Positions 10,036 through 18,623 of a stretch of DNA of 64,000 bases are shown one piece after another. Source of the DNA: Bacteroidota bacterium (lineage in GTDB: Bacteria > Bacteroidota > Bacteroidia > Chitinophagales > BACL12); contig JADKEK010000001.1 in NCBI GenBank assembly GCA_016718035.1, positions 541,276 to 605,275 of the forward strand, read 5' to 3'. Position 1 is the stretch's first letter. Each line of letters starts with the position of its first letter. A program made the translations under genes and the position numbers. The notes beneath the pieces are model-generated. The model saw only the letters and a list, made by a program, of their open reading frames with translations. It did not search any database and was not told the DNA's origin.

Positions 10036-10067
10036 CGGCAATTGTAGTGACTCTTGCCGTTTTTTTA
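10036..10067 (+). terminator. Rho-independent terminator
   Basis: Stem cggcaa pairs with ttgccg and is followed by a T7 run, 20 nt after the stop at 10016. Confidence 0.6.
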
Positions 10068-10106
10068 TACTTTTAACCGTCGTAACTACCTGTCAACTAA
10101 TCATCT

Positions 10107-10556
10107 ATGAAACTAGAAGAAGAAATTAAACAACAAAAATTTAAGGATGAATACCATCGTTTATTGGTAAATATCATGTTTACCGGTAGCTGGTTAAACA
10201 TCCGCCAAATACACTTTTTCAAACAATTTGATTTATCGCCTCAACAATACAACCTGTTGCGCATTTTGCGTGGTCAATACCCTAATCCTGCGAGTGTAAA
10301 CCTGCTTATTGAACGTATGCTCGATAAACAAAGTAATGCTTCGCGTTTGGTAGATAAACTGGATGCTAAAGGATTGGTGAAAAGAAAAAAATGCAAAGAA
10401 GATAAACGTCAGGTTGATGTAGTATTATCTGCTAAAGGAGTTCAGCTGTTAGATGCAATTGATAAAGAAATTGGCAATTTGGATAGTATTTTTACTAACC
10501 TGACGAAAGCAGAAGCTAAAAAAATGAGCGAAATGCTCGATAAAATGCGTGGTTAA
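10107..10556 (+). CDS. MarR family transcriptional regulator
   Basis: 149 aa with a winged-HTH pattern (LSPQQYNLLRIL...ASRLVDKLDAKGLVKR). The size and layout are typical of MarR. Confidence 0.75.
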   Translation: MKLEEEIKQQKFKDEYHRLLVNIMFTGSWLNIRQIHFFKQFDLSPQQYNLLRILRGQYPNPASVNLLIERMLDKQSNASRLVDKLDAKGLVKRKKCKEDKRQVDVVLSAKGVQLLDAIDKEIGNLDSIFTNLTKAEAKKMSEMLDKMRG

Positions 10557-10972
10557 TGTCCGCAATTAATGTTATTCCTGATTTATCTGCTGAATTCACT
10601 TTTAAAGCTGTACGCAGCGGAGGCAAAGGTGGCCAAAATGTAAATAAAGTATCTACCAAAGTAGAATTGTATTTCACCATAGGCAATTCACAATTATTAT
10701 CTGAAGCACAAAAACAATTGCTTACCCAAAAATTACAACATCTGCTCAACAGCGAAGGTGAATTGCGTATTGTTTGTGAAGAAGCTCGTTCACAGCTCAA
10801 AAACAAACAATTAGTCATCGAAAAATTATATGCCCTTTTTGAAAAGGCCTTAACACCGGTGAAAAAACGTGTAAAAACGAAAACACCAAAATCTGTTATA
10901 GCTAAAAGAATAAAAGATAAAAAAATAGCTGGCGAAAAAAAATCCATGCGCAAAAAACCGGATTTGGATTAA
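10556..10972 (+). CDS. arfB: Alternative ribosome-rescue factor ArfB (peptidyl-tRNA hydrolase, RF-1 domain)
   Basis: 138 aa with a GGQ motif (SGGKGGQNVNKVSTKV) and a basic C-terminal tail. Its start overlaps the marR stop (TAATG). Confidence 0.8.
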   Translation: MSAINVIPDLSAEFTFKAVRSGGKGGQNVNKVSTKVELYFTIGNSQLLSEAQKQLLTQKLQHLLNSEGELRIVCEEARSQLKNKQLVIEKLYALFEKALTPVKKRVKTKTPKSVIAKRIKDKKIAGEKKSMRKKPDLD

Positions 10973-10977
10973 TCTAT

Positions 10978-11700
10978 TTATTTTTTCAATTCCTTATTAA
11001 TAATTGCACCAACATCTGCAGCTTTCGTCAACACCATCATGTGTGAACCTCCGGGAATAATATAATCTGAAGTAATATTTTTTATAGGTAATGTATGATC
11101 ATTATCGCCGTGTATATGAATGATATTTTTACCGACATTATCATCAGGTTTGCGTTGCCAGCTGACTATCATTTCAGTTGCGCGTTTGACAAATATTTTT
11201 TCTTTGTCCCATAACATCGCATTACATGTTGCGCGTTCCAATGCTCTGTCCGGTTCATACATGGGTTGCATAATAAAACTCGAGTATTTAAACACCGAAG
11301 CCGGAATATATCTATGTATTGGATACTGGTGAAAAAACTGATACATTTCAGGAATTTCTGTTGAATCGGTAGCGCTGGAAATAACAATTATTTTTTGAGG
11401 ATGCACCATGTCGTACATCTCTGTTGCCAACATACCACCAAGTGAAACACCAATAATATAAAATGGCGTAGTGGTATCAATTTGTGCACTTAATCTTTTG
11501 GCATATGCAAACATCGATTCTAATGGGAGAGGAGTAATATAATGCACATGCACAGTATCCAAATGCGCATCAAATTGAATGTTTTTATAAATCCTGTAAT
11601 CCGAACCCTGCCCCGGAATTAAATACACACGAGTAGTCTGCTGCGCAGTAACAACCACTCCACTTACAAGCAATAATAATATCAATGCATATCTGCACAT
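10978..11700 (-). CDS. Alpha/beta hydrolase
   Basis: Signal peptide, nucleophile elbow GVSLGG, and a C-terminal GGSHMM histidine motif. Confidence 0.65.
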   Translation of the reverse strand: MCRYALILLLLVSGVVVTAQQTTRVYLIPGQGSDYRIYKNIQFDAHLDTVHVHYITPLPLESMFAYAKRLSAQIDTTTPFYIIGVSLGGMLATEMYDMVHPQKIIVISSATDSTEIPEMYQFFHQYPIHRYIPASVFKYSSFIMQPMYEPDRALERATCNAMLWDKEKIFVKRATEMIVSWQRKPDDNVGKNIIHIHGDNDHTLPIKNITSDYIIPGGSHMMVLTKAADVGAIINKELKK

Positions 11701-11748
11701 GAAATATAAAATTACCTATTCCCCACCAAATAAACGTTAAAAAACTCT

Positions 11749-11778
11749 CCCCGAAACTCCCCGTCTTCCCGCCTTCCC
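11749..11778 (-). other. G-quadruplex-type tract on the sense strand downstream of prfC
   Basis: The plus strand reads CCCCgaaactCCCCgtcttCCCgccttCCC. The minus (sense) strand therefore has four G3-4 tracts with 5-6 nt loops, 38-67 nt after the prfC stop. Confidence 0.5.
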
Positions 11779-11815
11779 GGCAACCTCACACTCAGCAACC
11801 CTACACCCAGCAACC

Positions 11816-13414
11816 TCACACCAATGATGCAGTTTTAAACTCACTCGTAGTATGAAAAGTAATTTTAGGATGATTTTCAATAGCCACATTCAAAGCCCAA
11901 CCCGTCTCCGCCATATAAACCGGATTCTGGTCCTTATCAAAATAAATGTAATCTATTTTTAATCGTATAAATTCATCCAATTGTTTTTTATCTGTAGTAG
12001 TCATCCAACACGCCTTATTCATATGAATAGGTTGAAAACGACATTTCGCTCCATATTCATTTTCCAAACGATATTGAATTACCTCAAACTGCAATTCCCC
12101 GACAGCACCCACCACTTTTTTATATCCGTTGTTATGAATAAATAACTGCGCAACGCCTTCATCAGTCAACTGCTGAATACCCTTTTCTAATTGTTTCGTT
12201 TTCATAGGATCCATGTTAATCAACTCCTTAAATATTTCAGGAGAAAAACTTGGAATACCTCTAAACATCATATCTTCACCTTCAGTAAGTGTATCACCAA
12301 TTTTAAAATTTCCGGTATCGTATAAACCAATTACATCACCCGGAAATGCCTCTTCAATTACATCTTTACTCGACGCTAAAAAGGCATAAGGATTATTAAA
12401 TCGTAAATTTTTATCCAAACGAACATGATGATAAAAACTATTGCGTTCAAAATGCCCCGAACACACACGTAAAAATGCAATTCTGTCCCTGTGGCGAGGA
12501 TCGATGTTTGCGTGAATTTTAAAAATGAATCCGGTAAATTTATTTTCGTCGGCGTCTACAAAACGAACATCCGTTTCTCTTCCTTGAGGCACAGGGGAAA
12601 TCTGAATAAATGTCTCCAATAATTCCTGCACACCAAAATTATTTATCGCAGAACCAAAAAATACCGGTGCAATATCTGCATCTAAATACGGTTTGCGGTC
12701 AAATTCATGATATACACCTTCAATCAGCTCTACATCTTCACGCAATTGTTTCGCATCGCGTTCGCCAACCTGTTTATCTAATAAACCATCTTTTAAATCC
12801 TCTATAATTAACACATCATCTTCAACACGCTGTGAACCCGGGCGGAATAAATTGAGTTTTTTATGATACAACGAATACACACCTTTAAAATGTGTTCCCA
12901 TGTTGATCGGCCAACTCAAAGGGCGCACACGAATTTTAAGTTTTTCTTCTAATTCATCCAATAAATCAAATGGATCTTTTCCATCGCGGTCCATTTTGTT
13001 GATGAAAATGATAACCGGCGTTTTGCGCATGCGACAAACTTCCATCAATCGCATGGTTTGCTCTTCCACACCTTTCACGCAGTCGATTACCAGGATAACA
13101 CTATCCACAGCTGTTAAGGTGCGATAGGTATCTTCAGCAAAGTCCTTGTGACCGGGAGTATCCAATAAATTCACTTTAACACCCTCATATTCGAACGACA
13201 TAACGGAAGTAGCCACAGAGATACCACGCTGACGTTCAATTTCCATGAAGTCGCTGGTTGCGGACTTTTTAATTTTATTGCTTTTAACAGCTCCGGCAAC
13301 CTGAATGGCGCCTCCGTACAAGAGGAACTTTTCGGTAAGGGTGGTTTTACCGGCATCGGGGTGACTGATAATGGCAAATGTTCTCCGTATTTGTATCTCT
13401 GATTGTACGCTCAT
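11816..13414 (-). CDS. prfC: Peptide chain release factor 3
   Basis: 532 aa with GTPase motifs [24 protein letters not shown] and NKMDR. The full-length architecture is that of RF3. Confidence 0.95.
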   Translation of the reverse strand: MSVQSEIQIRRTFAIISHPDAGKTTLTEKFLLYGGAIQVAGAVKSNKIKKSATSDFMEIERQRGISVATSVMSFEYEGVKVNLLDTPGHKDFAEDTYRTLTAVDSVILVIDCVKGVEEQTMRLMEVCRMRKTPVIIFINKMDRDGKDPFDLLDELEEKLKIRVRPLSWPINMGTHFKGVYSLYHKKLNLFRPGSQRVEDDVLIIEDLKDGLLDKQVGERDAKQLREDVELIEGVYHEFDRKPYLDADIAPVFFGSAINNFGVQELLETFIQISPVPQGRETDVRFVDADENKFTGFIFKIHANIDPRHRDRIAFLRVCSGHFERNSFYHHVRLDKNLRFNNPYAFLASSKDVIEEAFPGDVIGLYDTGNFKIGDTLTEGEDMMFRGIPSFSPEIFKELINMDPMKTKQLEKGIQQLTDEGVAQLFIHNNGYKKVVGAVGELQFEVIQYRLENEYGAKCRFQPIHMNKACWMTTTDKKQLDEFIRLKIDYIYFDKDQNPVYMAETGWALNVAIENHPKITFHTTSEFKTASLV

Positions 13415-13557
13415 CTCTTGTTAATTCGGGCGCAAAGATAGTGATTTCAGGAAGAAGGGAACCTGCCTGGTGGCAGACAGGCACAGAAGATCTGCATGGC
13501 GGCAGATTACGCTGATAACGCGGATTTACGCGGATGCTTTGTTTAAAATGGAATTAA

Positions 13558-13709
13558 CTTAGTGTTTCTTAGAGGCCCTTAGCAACTTTGTGGTGAAGGT
13601 TAGCTAATATTATTTATTTCCTGATGATGTTTTAGTTTCGTAAATGATAATTATGAGACTAACCCATGTTTGCCACTAAGGCTCAAATGACCTCAAAGTT
13701 GCGCGAAGG
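13558..13709. repeat. Inverted-arm intergenic element with phased CTTNG pentamers (copy A)
   Basis: Left arm has CTTNG at 13558, 13568, 13578 and 13586, then TGG. Right arm has CCA, then CNAAG at 13676, 13684 (degenerate), 13694 and 13704. An AT-rich core lies between the arms. Confidence 0.7.
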
Positions 13710-13932
13710 ATTTAAGATCAACCAACCCGCAATTTTTTGACTGTTCTTTATTAAAGATTGGAAGAAAAATGAAGCCAAAGGCCAAAGTAGGGGCGAATTG
13801 AATCCGCCCCGTAATTGGGCTTTGGCGATTGAGTTCACAATACTTAAGCTAATATTTTATAGCAACTAATTTGTGCATAAGCAGGTCAATCAAAACCCCT
13901 CATCCCTCATCCACATTTCCTACATTTGTAAC

Positions 13933-14385
13933 ATGACAAAACGAAAGGACTTTGCTTACGTTGCTATACAATTTTTTTTATTGGCCTGTTATTTTTTATT
14001 AATTAATCAAAGGGCAGGAGGTACTCCGTTCTGGATGCAAATTATTAGTGGAATTTTGGTTGTGCTAGGAACGGTATTGGTGATATTGCCAATTTTACAA
14101 TTAAATAAATTTATTAGTGTTTTTCCAACTCCGGTTAATGGGGCTTTATTGGTGACGAATGGTGCATTTAAATATATTCGTCATCCGATATATGCGGGTA
14201 TTATTTTAGGTGGTGCGGGGTTGGCATTGATGATGAATAATTTATTGCAATTGTTGGTGATTATTATTTTGTTTGTATTGTTTGAAGTGAAATCAGATTA
14301 TGAGGAGCAACAACTTGCTAAAGTGTTTAAGGATTATGAGGAGTATAAAAAACATACTTATAAATTCTTTCCTGGAATGAGGTAG
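13933..14385 (+). CDS. Isoprenylcysteine carboxyl methyltransferase (ICMT) family membrane protein
   Basis: Multi-pass membrane protein with RHPIYAG and a C-terminal SDYEEQQL..F..YEEYKK pattern. I chose the start at ATG 13933. Confidence 0.7.
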   Translation: MTKRKDFAYVAIQFFLLACYFLLINQRAGGTPFWMQIISGILVVLGTVLVILPILQLNKFISVFPTPVNGALLVTNGAFKYIRHPIYAGIILGGAGLALMMNNLLQLLVIIILFVLFEVKSDYEEQQLAKVFKDYEEYKKHTYKFFPGMR

Positions 14386-14395
14386 TGGGTTAGCC

Positions 14396-14428
14396 GGGAA
14401 GGCGGGAAGGAGGGAAGTTGCGGGGGGG
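14396..14428 (+). other. G-quadruplex-type tract on the sense strand downstream of the ICMT-family gene
   Basis: GGGaaggcGGGaaggaGGGaagttgcGGGGGGG begins 11 nt after the TAG stop at 14383-14385. Confidence 0.5.
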
Positions 14429-14510
14429 TGTTGCGAGAACTCAAGACAATATAATTTTCATTTCTACCCATCAAGTTATTTGCCTACAAAACTTAATAGC
14501 AATAATACAA

Positions 14511-14659
14511 CTTTGTGCTACTTTGAGGCCCTTCGCTTCTTGGTGGTGATAGCAAACTAATGCTATTAAAAACTTTTGTAAAACAATGACATAAATTTTA
14601 TTTTGTTGATAAGCCCATTTTACCGCTAAGTCTCTAAGGGCCTCTAAGCTACACTAAGA
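14511..14659. repeat. Inverted-arm intergenic element with phased CTTNG pentamers (copy B)
   Basis: Left arm has CTTNG at 14511, 14521, 14531 and 14539, then TGGTG. Right arm has CCG, then CTAAG at 14626, 14634, 14644 and 14654. Confidence 0.7.
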
Positions 14660-14795
14660 GATTAGTCCAATAGATCATCTTTTGATAGCATTTTTTTTCA
14701 TGTATCGATTAGTCCTAGTAAGTTGGTATTGCATACTTAGCCAACTCAAAACCACTCATCCCTCATCACTCATCCTTTTTCATTAATATTACATT

Positions 14796-15575
14796 ATGGA
14801 ACAACATCACAATCCTTTTGCGAGTAAAGCAGCACGTTTGTTATTGATATTAGGTGTGTTTTTTGTCACCAATGCCCTGTTGGCAGAATTAATTGGGGTG
14901 AAAATATTTGCACTTGAAGATAGTTTTGGATGGAAACCATTTAACTGGAATTTATTTGGTGAAAAAGGCTCACTCAATTTTACTGTCGGCGTTATTTTAT
15001 GGCCATTTGTTTTTATCATGACCGATATTATTAATGAATATTTTGGCCTGAAGGGTGTCCGTCGATTAAGTTATTTGGCCATTATTTTTATTATATATGC
15101 ATTCGGAATTATTTACCTAGCAATAGAACTTTCACCTGCCGGATTTTGGCCTGCATCTAATGTAGATAAAGGTGTTCCTGATATGCAAAATGCCTATGCT
15201 GTTATTTTCGGACAGGGTATGTGGATTATTGCCGGAAGTATTATTGCATTTTTACTCGGACAATTAATTGATGTATTTGTATTTCATAAAATAAAAGGAA
15301 TGACTGGTGAAGGAAAAATTTGGTTGCGTGCAACAGGCTCAACTGCAATATCACAAATAATCGATAGTGTTGTAGTATTATATATTGCTTTTGTCATCGG
15401 CCCACAACATTGGTCCGTCAATCAATGGCTGGCAATAGCAACCGTAAATTACGTCTACAAAATGACAGCAGCCGTAGCCCTCACACCCGCCCTCTATTGG
15501 GTCCACAACATCATCGACAAATTCCTGGGCAAAGAACTCAGCGAAAAAATGCGCGCCGAAGCCATGAAAAATTAA
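14796..15575 (+). CDS. yhhQ: Queuosine precursor transporter (VUT/YhhQ family)
   Basis: 259-aa multi-pass membrane protein with YhhQ-like blocks (ITDIINEYFG, VFVFHKIK, STAISQIIDS). Confidence 0.75.
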   Translation: MEQHHNPFASKAARLLLILGVFFVTNALLAELIGVKIFALEDSFGWKPFNWNLFGEKGSLNFTVGVILWPFVFIMTDIINEYFGLKGVRRLSYLAIIFIIYAFGIIYLAIELSPAGFWPASNVDKGVPDMQNAYAVIFGQGMWIIAGSIIAFLLGQLIDVFVFHKIKGMTGEGKIWLRATGSTAISQIIDSVVVLYIAFVIGPQHWSVNQWLAIATVNYVYKMTAAVALTPALYWVHNIIDKFLGKELSEKMRAEAMKN

Positions 15576-15635
15576 CTCAAAACCCTCCCGCCATTTTCCG
15601 CACCTCCGCGTGAACCCAAACAGCCAGCCCACAAT

Positions 15636-16017
15636 CCCGATAGCTATCGGGACTCAAAGGAACAGCCCACAAATAAACACAGAGGTATTTATCGAATAGT
15701 ATTTAATTTTATTTTTATTGAATAATCATAGTTATTAATTCAAATATACGAACTCATTCTCCGAGAACTCTGTGTGCATTCCCTCTGAGTTCTCCGTGGT
15801 TCCGGCTGTTTCCACCTCAGCGGACGCTCCGCGAATTATCGCATTTTTTTTACCACGGAGTCCACAAAGAAACAGCCCACAAAGAAAACACAGAGGTATT
15901 TATCGAATAGTATTTAATTTTATTTTTATTGAATAATCATAGTTATTAATTCAAATATACGAACTCATTCTCCGAGAACTCTGTGTGCATTCCCTCTGAG
16001 TCCCGATAGCTATCGGG
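15636..16017. repeat. Composite repeat: two 16-nt perfect palindromes bracketing two copies of an AACAGCC-ended, AT-rich-core element
   Basis: cccgatagctatcggg occurs at 15636-15651 and 16002-16017. Segments 15678-15790 and 15889-16001 look identical by eye (113 nt). Their arms carry CCA-CGGAG...CAGAGG and CTCNG...CTCCG-TGG words in inverted orientation. Confidence 0.75.
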
Positions 16018-16038
16018 ATCGTGGTTTCGGCTGTTTAA

Positions 16039-16169
16039 TCAGCACATTAACACATCAGCACATTAATTCCCGGCTGTTCCCACCTCGGCGGACGGTTCGC
16101 ATTGGTACATCGGTACATTTCCACATTGGTACATTAATCAGCACATCAGCACATTAACACATCAGCACA
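16039..16169 (-). repeat. Degenerate 8-bp-period array (ATGTGCTG / ATGTACCA words on the minus strand) abutting the dnaG stop
   Basis: Read on the minus strand from the dnaG stop: TAATGTGCTGATGTGTTAATGTGCTGATGTGCTGATTAATGTACCAATGTGGAAATGTACCGATGTACCAAT. The same module follows the stop at 42696. Confidence 0.8.
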
Positions 16170-18094
16170 TTAGCTTACAACAGGCAACACAGTAGTCCCA
16201 GTATCCTTCGCCAGTTTATTGATGATAGTTTGTAGTTGCATACTTTCTTTCATACACATTCTCACTTCATCTATTGATGCCTCATCAGTCAGTTTACCCA
16301 GTTCCTGAATACGCGCATCTACATCATGTTTCATTTTAATAATCTTTTTCAACTTCAACAACGAAATCGACTTCACAATATCCTTCCTCACCAAAAACTG
16401 TTTTTCCGTAATTGGCACATCATGCATTTTAATCCAGTTATCACTAATCTCGTATGGCGATTGTAATAAATCAATACACAACGATTTTATTTCTTCATCA
16501 TCGTGATTAATAAAAAATACCTGCGGTAAAAATTCATTATGTTCGTAATACGTTCTATATTCATCTACAACCTTACGATAAATACCATTTTCAAATTCCA
16601 CATCCGTTAAATTGCGTAAAATACGCGCAATCGCATTCTCCCCATCAATTTCAAAATTACTATTCTCCAATAACAAACGAATAATATCCCTTTCCTGTGC
16701 TTCATCCAAATGGAAAGTAAACGAAGGTTGTTCCTTCGCCACCGGCATTATTTCCGTATGTTCAACAGATGCTTTGTCGTTGGTAGAAAGTTTATCAAAA
16801 GCCCCTTTGCGCAGAATTTTATTTGTTTCAGATATTAATAATTGTTCTTCAACATTTAAATTGCGCGCCGTTTGTTTTAAGTAGAGACTACGCGTAATCC
16901 CATCAGGAATTTTGGCGATACTCTGCACAATATCTTTAATAATACCAGCAACTTTTACAGGGTCGCCTTTTGCATCTTCAAGATATAAATCCGTTTTTAA
17001 ATGGATGAGGTCTTTTTTATTATCCTCAATATATTTTCTAAAACCGTCAGCGCCTAATTTTTGCACATAAGTATCCGGGTCATCATCAGCAGGCAGCAGC
17101 ACCACTTTTACGTTCATGCCCTCTTCCAATGCAATTTCCAATCCGCGCAAAGCCGCTTTTACACCCGCACTATCACCATCATATAATATCGTTAAATTCG
17201 GTGTATATCGTTTAATCAAACGCACCTGATCCTGCGTCAGCGAAGTCCCGGACGATGCCACCACATTTTCAATGCCACTTTGCGACAACGAAATTACGTC
17301 CATATACCCCTCAACCAGATAACATTCTTCTAGTTGCGTAATAGCTTTCCGCGCCTGAAAAATCCCAAAAACAATTTTACTTTTTAAATAAATATCCGTC
17401 TCCGGCGAGTTAATATATTTCGGAATTTTTTTGTCCGCACTCAAGGTTCTGCCACCAAAACCCAACACCTTACCCGTGATGCTATGAATAGGAAACATCA
17501 CCCTGCCACGGAAAAAATCTTTGCCATATTGTGAGGTGAGCCCCAATTGTTGCAATAATTCAACTTTATAGCCCGTGTTGGAAGCAATGCGTGTAAACGT
17601 CTCCCCATCGCCGGGACAAAATCCCAATTTAAATTTTTCGATAGTATCGCTGCGCAGTCCCCGTTCGGTGAAATAACTCAAGCCGATACTTTTGCCTTCC
17701 TCATCGTTATGCAAATAATCGTAGAAATAGTTCTACGCAAAAGTGTTGATGATATAAAGGCTCTCCCTGCGATTTTCCTCCTGAATTTCCTCGTTTGTGC
17801 GTTGCTTTTCCTCAACCTCGATATGATATTTATTCGCCAGGTAAATCAGCGCCTCGCGGTAACTCAGTTGCTCATGCTCCATCACAAACCCCACCGAATT
17901 CCCACTTTTTCCGCACCCAAAACACTTATAAATCCCTTTGGGCACCGAAACCGTAAACGAAGGCGTCTTCTCATTATGGAAAGGACATTTCCCAATCAGG
18001 TTCACCCCCGGCGCTTCAAATTCACAAAATCCCCCACCACCTCCTCAATCCTGGAAGCATCCATAATCCGCCCAATCGTTTCCTTCGATATCAC
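16170..18094 (-). pseudogene. dnaG: DNA primase DnaG, interrupted by one in-frame TAG and one homopolymer frameshift
   Basis: Zinc finger CPFHNEKTPSFTVS..YKCFGCGKSGN, and TOPRIM motifs EGYMDV and DGDSAG. ORFs 17733-18005 and 16170-17714 are in the same frame, separated by TAG at 17733-17735. The first 30 codons (GTG at 18094, MISKETIGRIMDASRIEEVVGDFVNLKRRG) are out of frame across the C5 run at 18005-18009. Confidence 0.85.
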
Positions 18095-18623
18095 CCCCCA
18101 AAGTTAACAGATTTACCCCATTGCACCACGCCGCCCCACAAAATGAACTTTCGTAACTTAGGATGTGAAATGTTTTGGAGCAGAAACATCGCGCTCCGTC
18201 CAAACAATCCGCACCGGTCTTTCATTGCAAGTCCTCTCCGCTAAGGCGGATGCGGGCTTTCCATTGCAGCCCGGGCTATGTTGGCGGTTTGGTGTAATCC
18301 TTGATATTTGTTTTTCGTATAGTTGGGGTTTTGTTGTGACAGGGTAAAGCGGGTGATAAGTGAAGGTTTGTGGTTTGGGGGTATTGTGAAATATGTGTTG
18401 GTTTTTATGGATTTTGATAAAATGTGACTTGAGAGTGGTTAACGGAAAACCGTGAATTTAAGAAGCTAGCATTGTGAAAAAGTAGATTTTACTTACATTT
18501 ATGAAATCAATTATGATGAATAAATTTTTCTATTTATGCCCAGATAAGGCGGTATTGGAGAGCCTTGCGCAATTGAGTTTCACAAATTAACTTTAGTGTG
18601 AACTGTAATAAACGACATTAAAA

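Noticed and set aside
14660-14795. preQ1 riboswitch upstream of the yhhQ-type queuosine precursor transporter
   Set aside because: I looked for the small hairpin plus A-rich tail (…CCC…AAAAAACTA…) and did not find it. The region is occupied by the arm element and the CTCATCC array.
16039-16169. Short periodic arrays (here and at 42698-42808) as CRISPR repeats or as small Cys-rich peptide genes (for example ATG TAC CAA TGT ... = MYQC.NVPMYQ.)
   Set aside because: The period is only 8 nt and there are no spacers. The apparent peptide conservation is just nucleotide-level repetition. There is no ribosome-binding context and the frames differ between loci after about 12 codons.
17733-17735. TAG in dnaG as evidence of stop-codon reassignment or programmed readthrough
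   Set aside because: TAG cleanly terminates other well-formed genes in the window (14383-14385 and 50966-50968). The same gene also has a homopolymer frameshift. A base-call error or a real nonsense mutation is the simpler explanation.
17709-18347. ORFs 17709-18107 (+) and 18165-18347 (+)
   Set aside because: The first is antisense to the dnaG zinc-finger region. The second lies in the GC-richer structured spacer and has a low-complexity product. Neither has a family resemblance.
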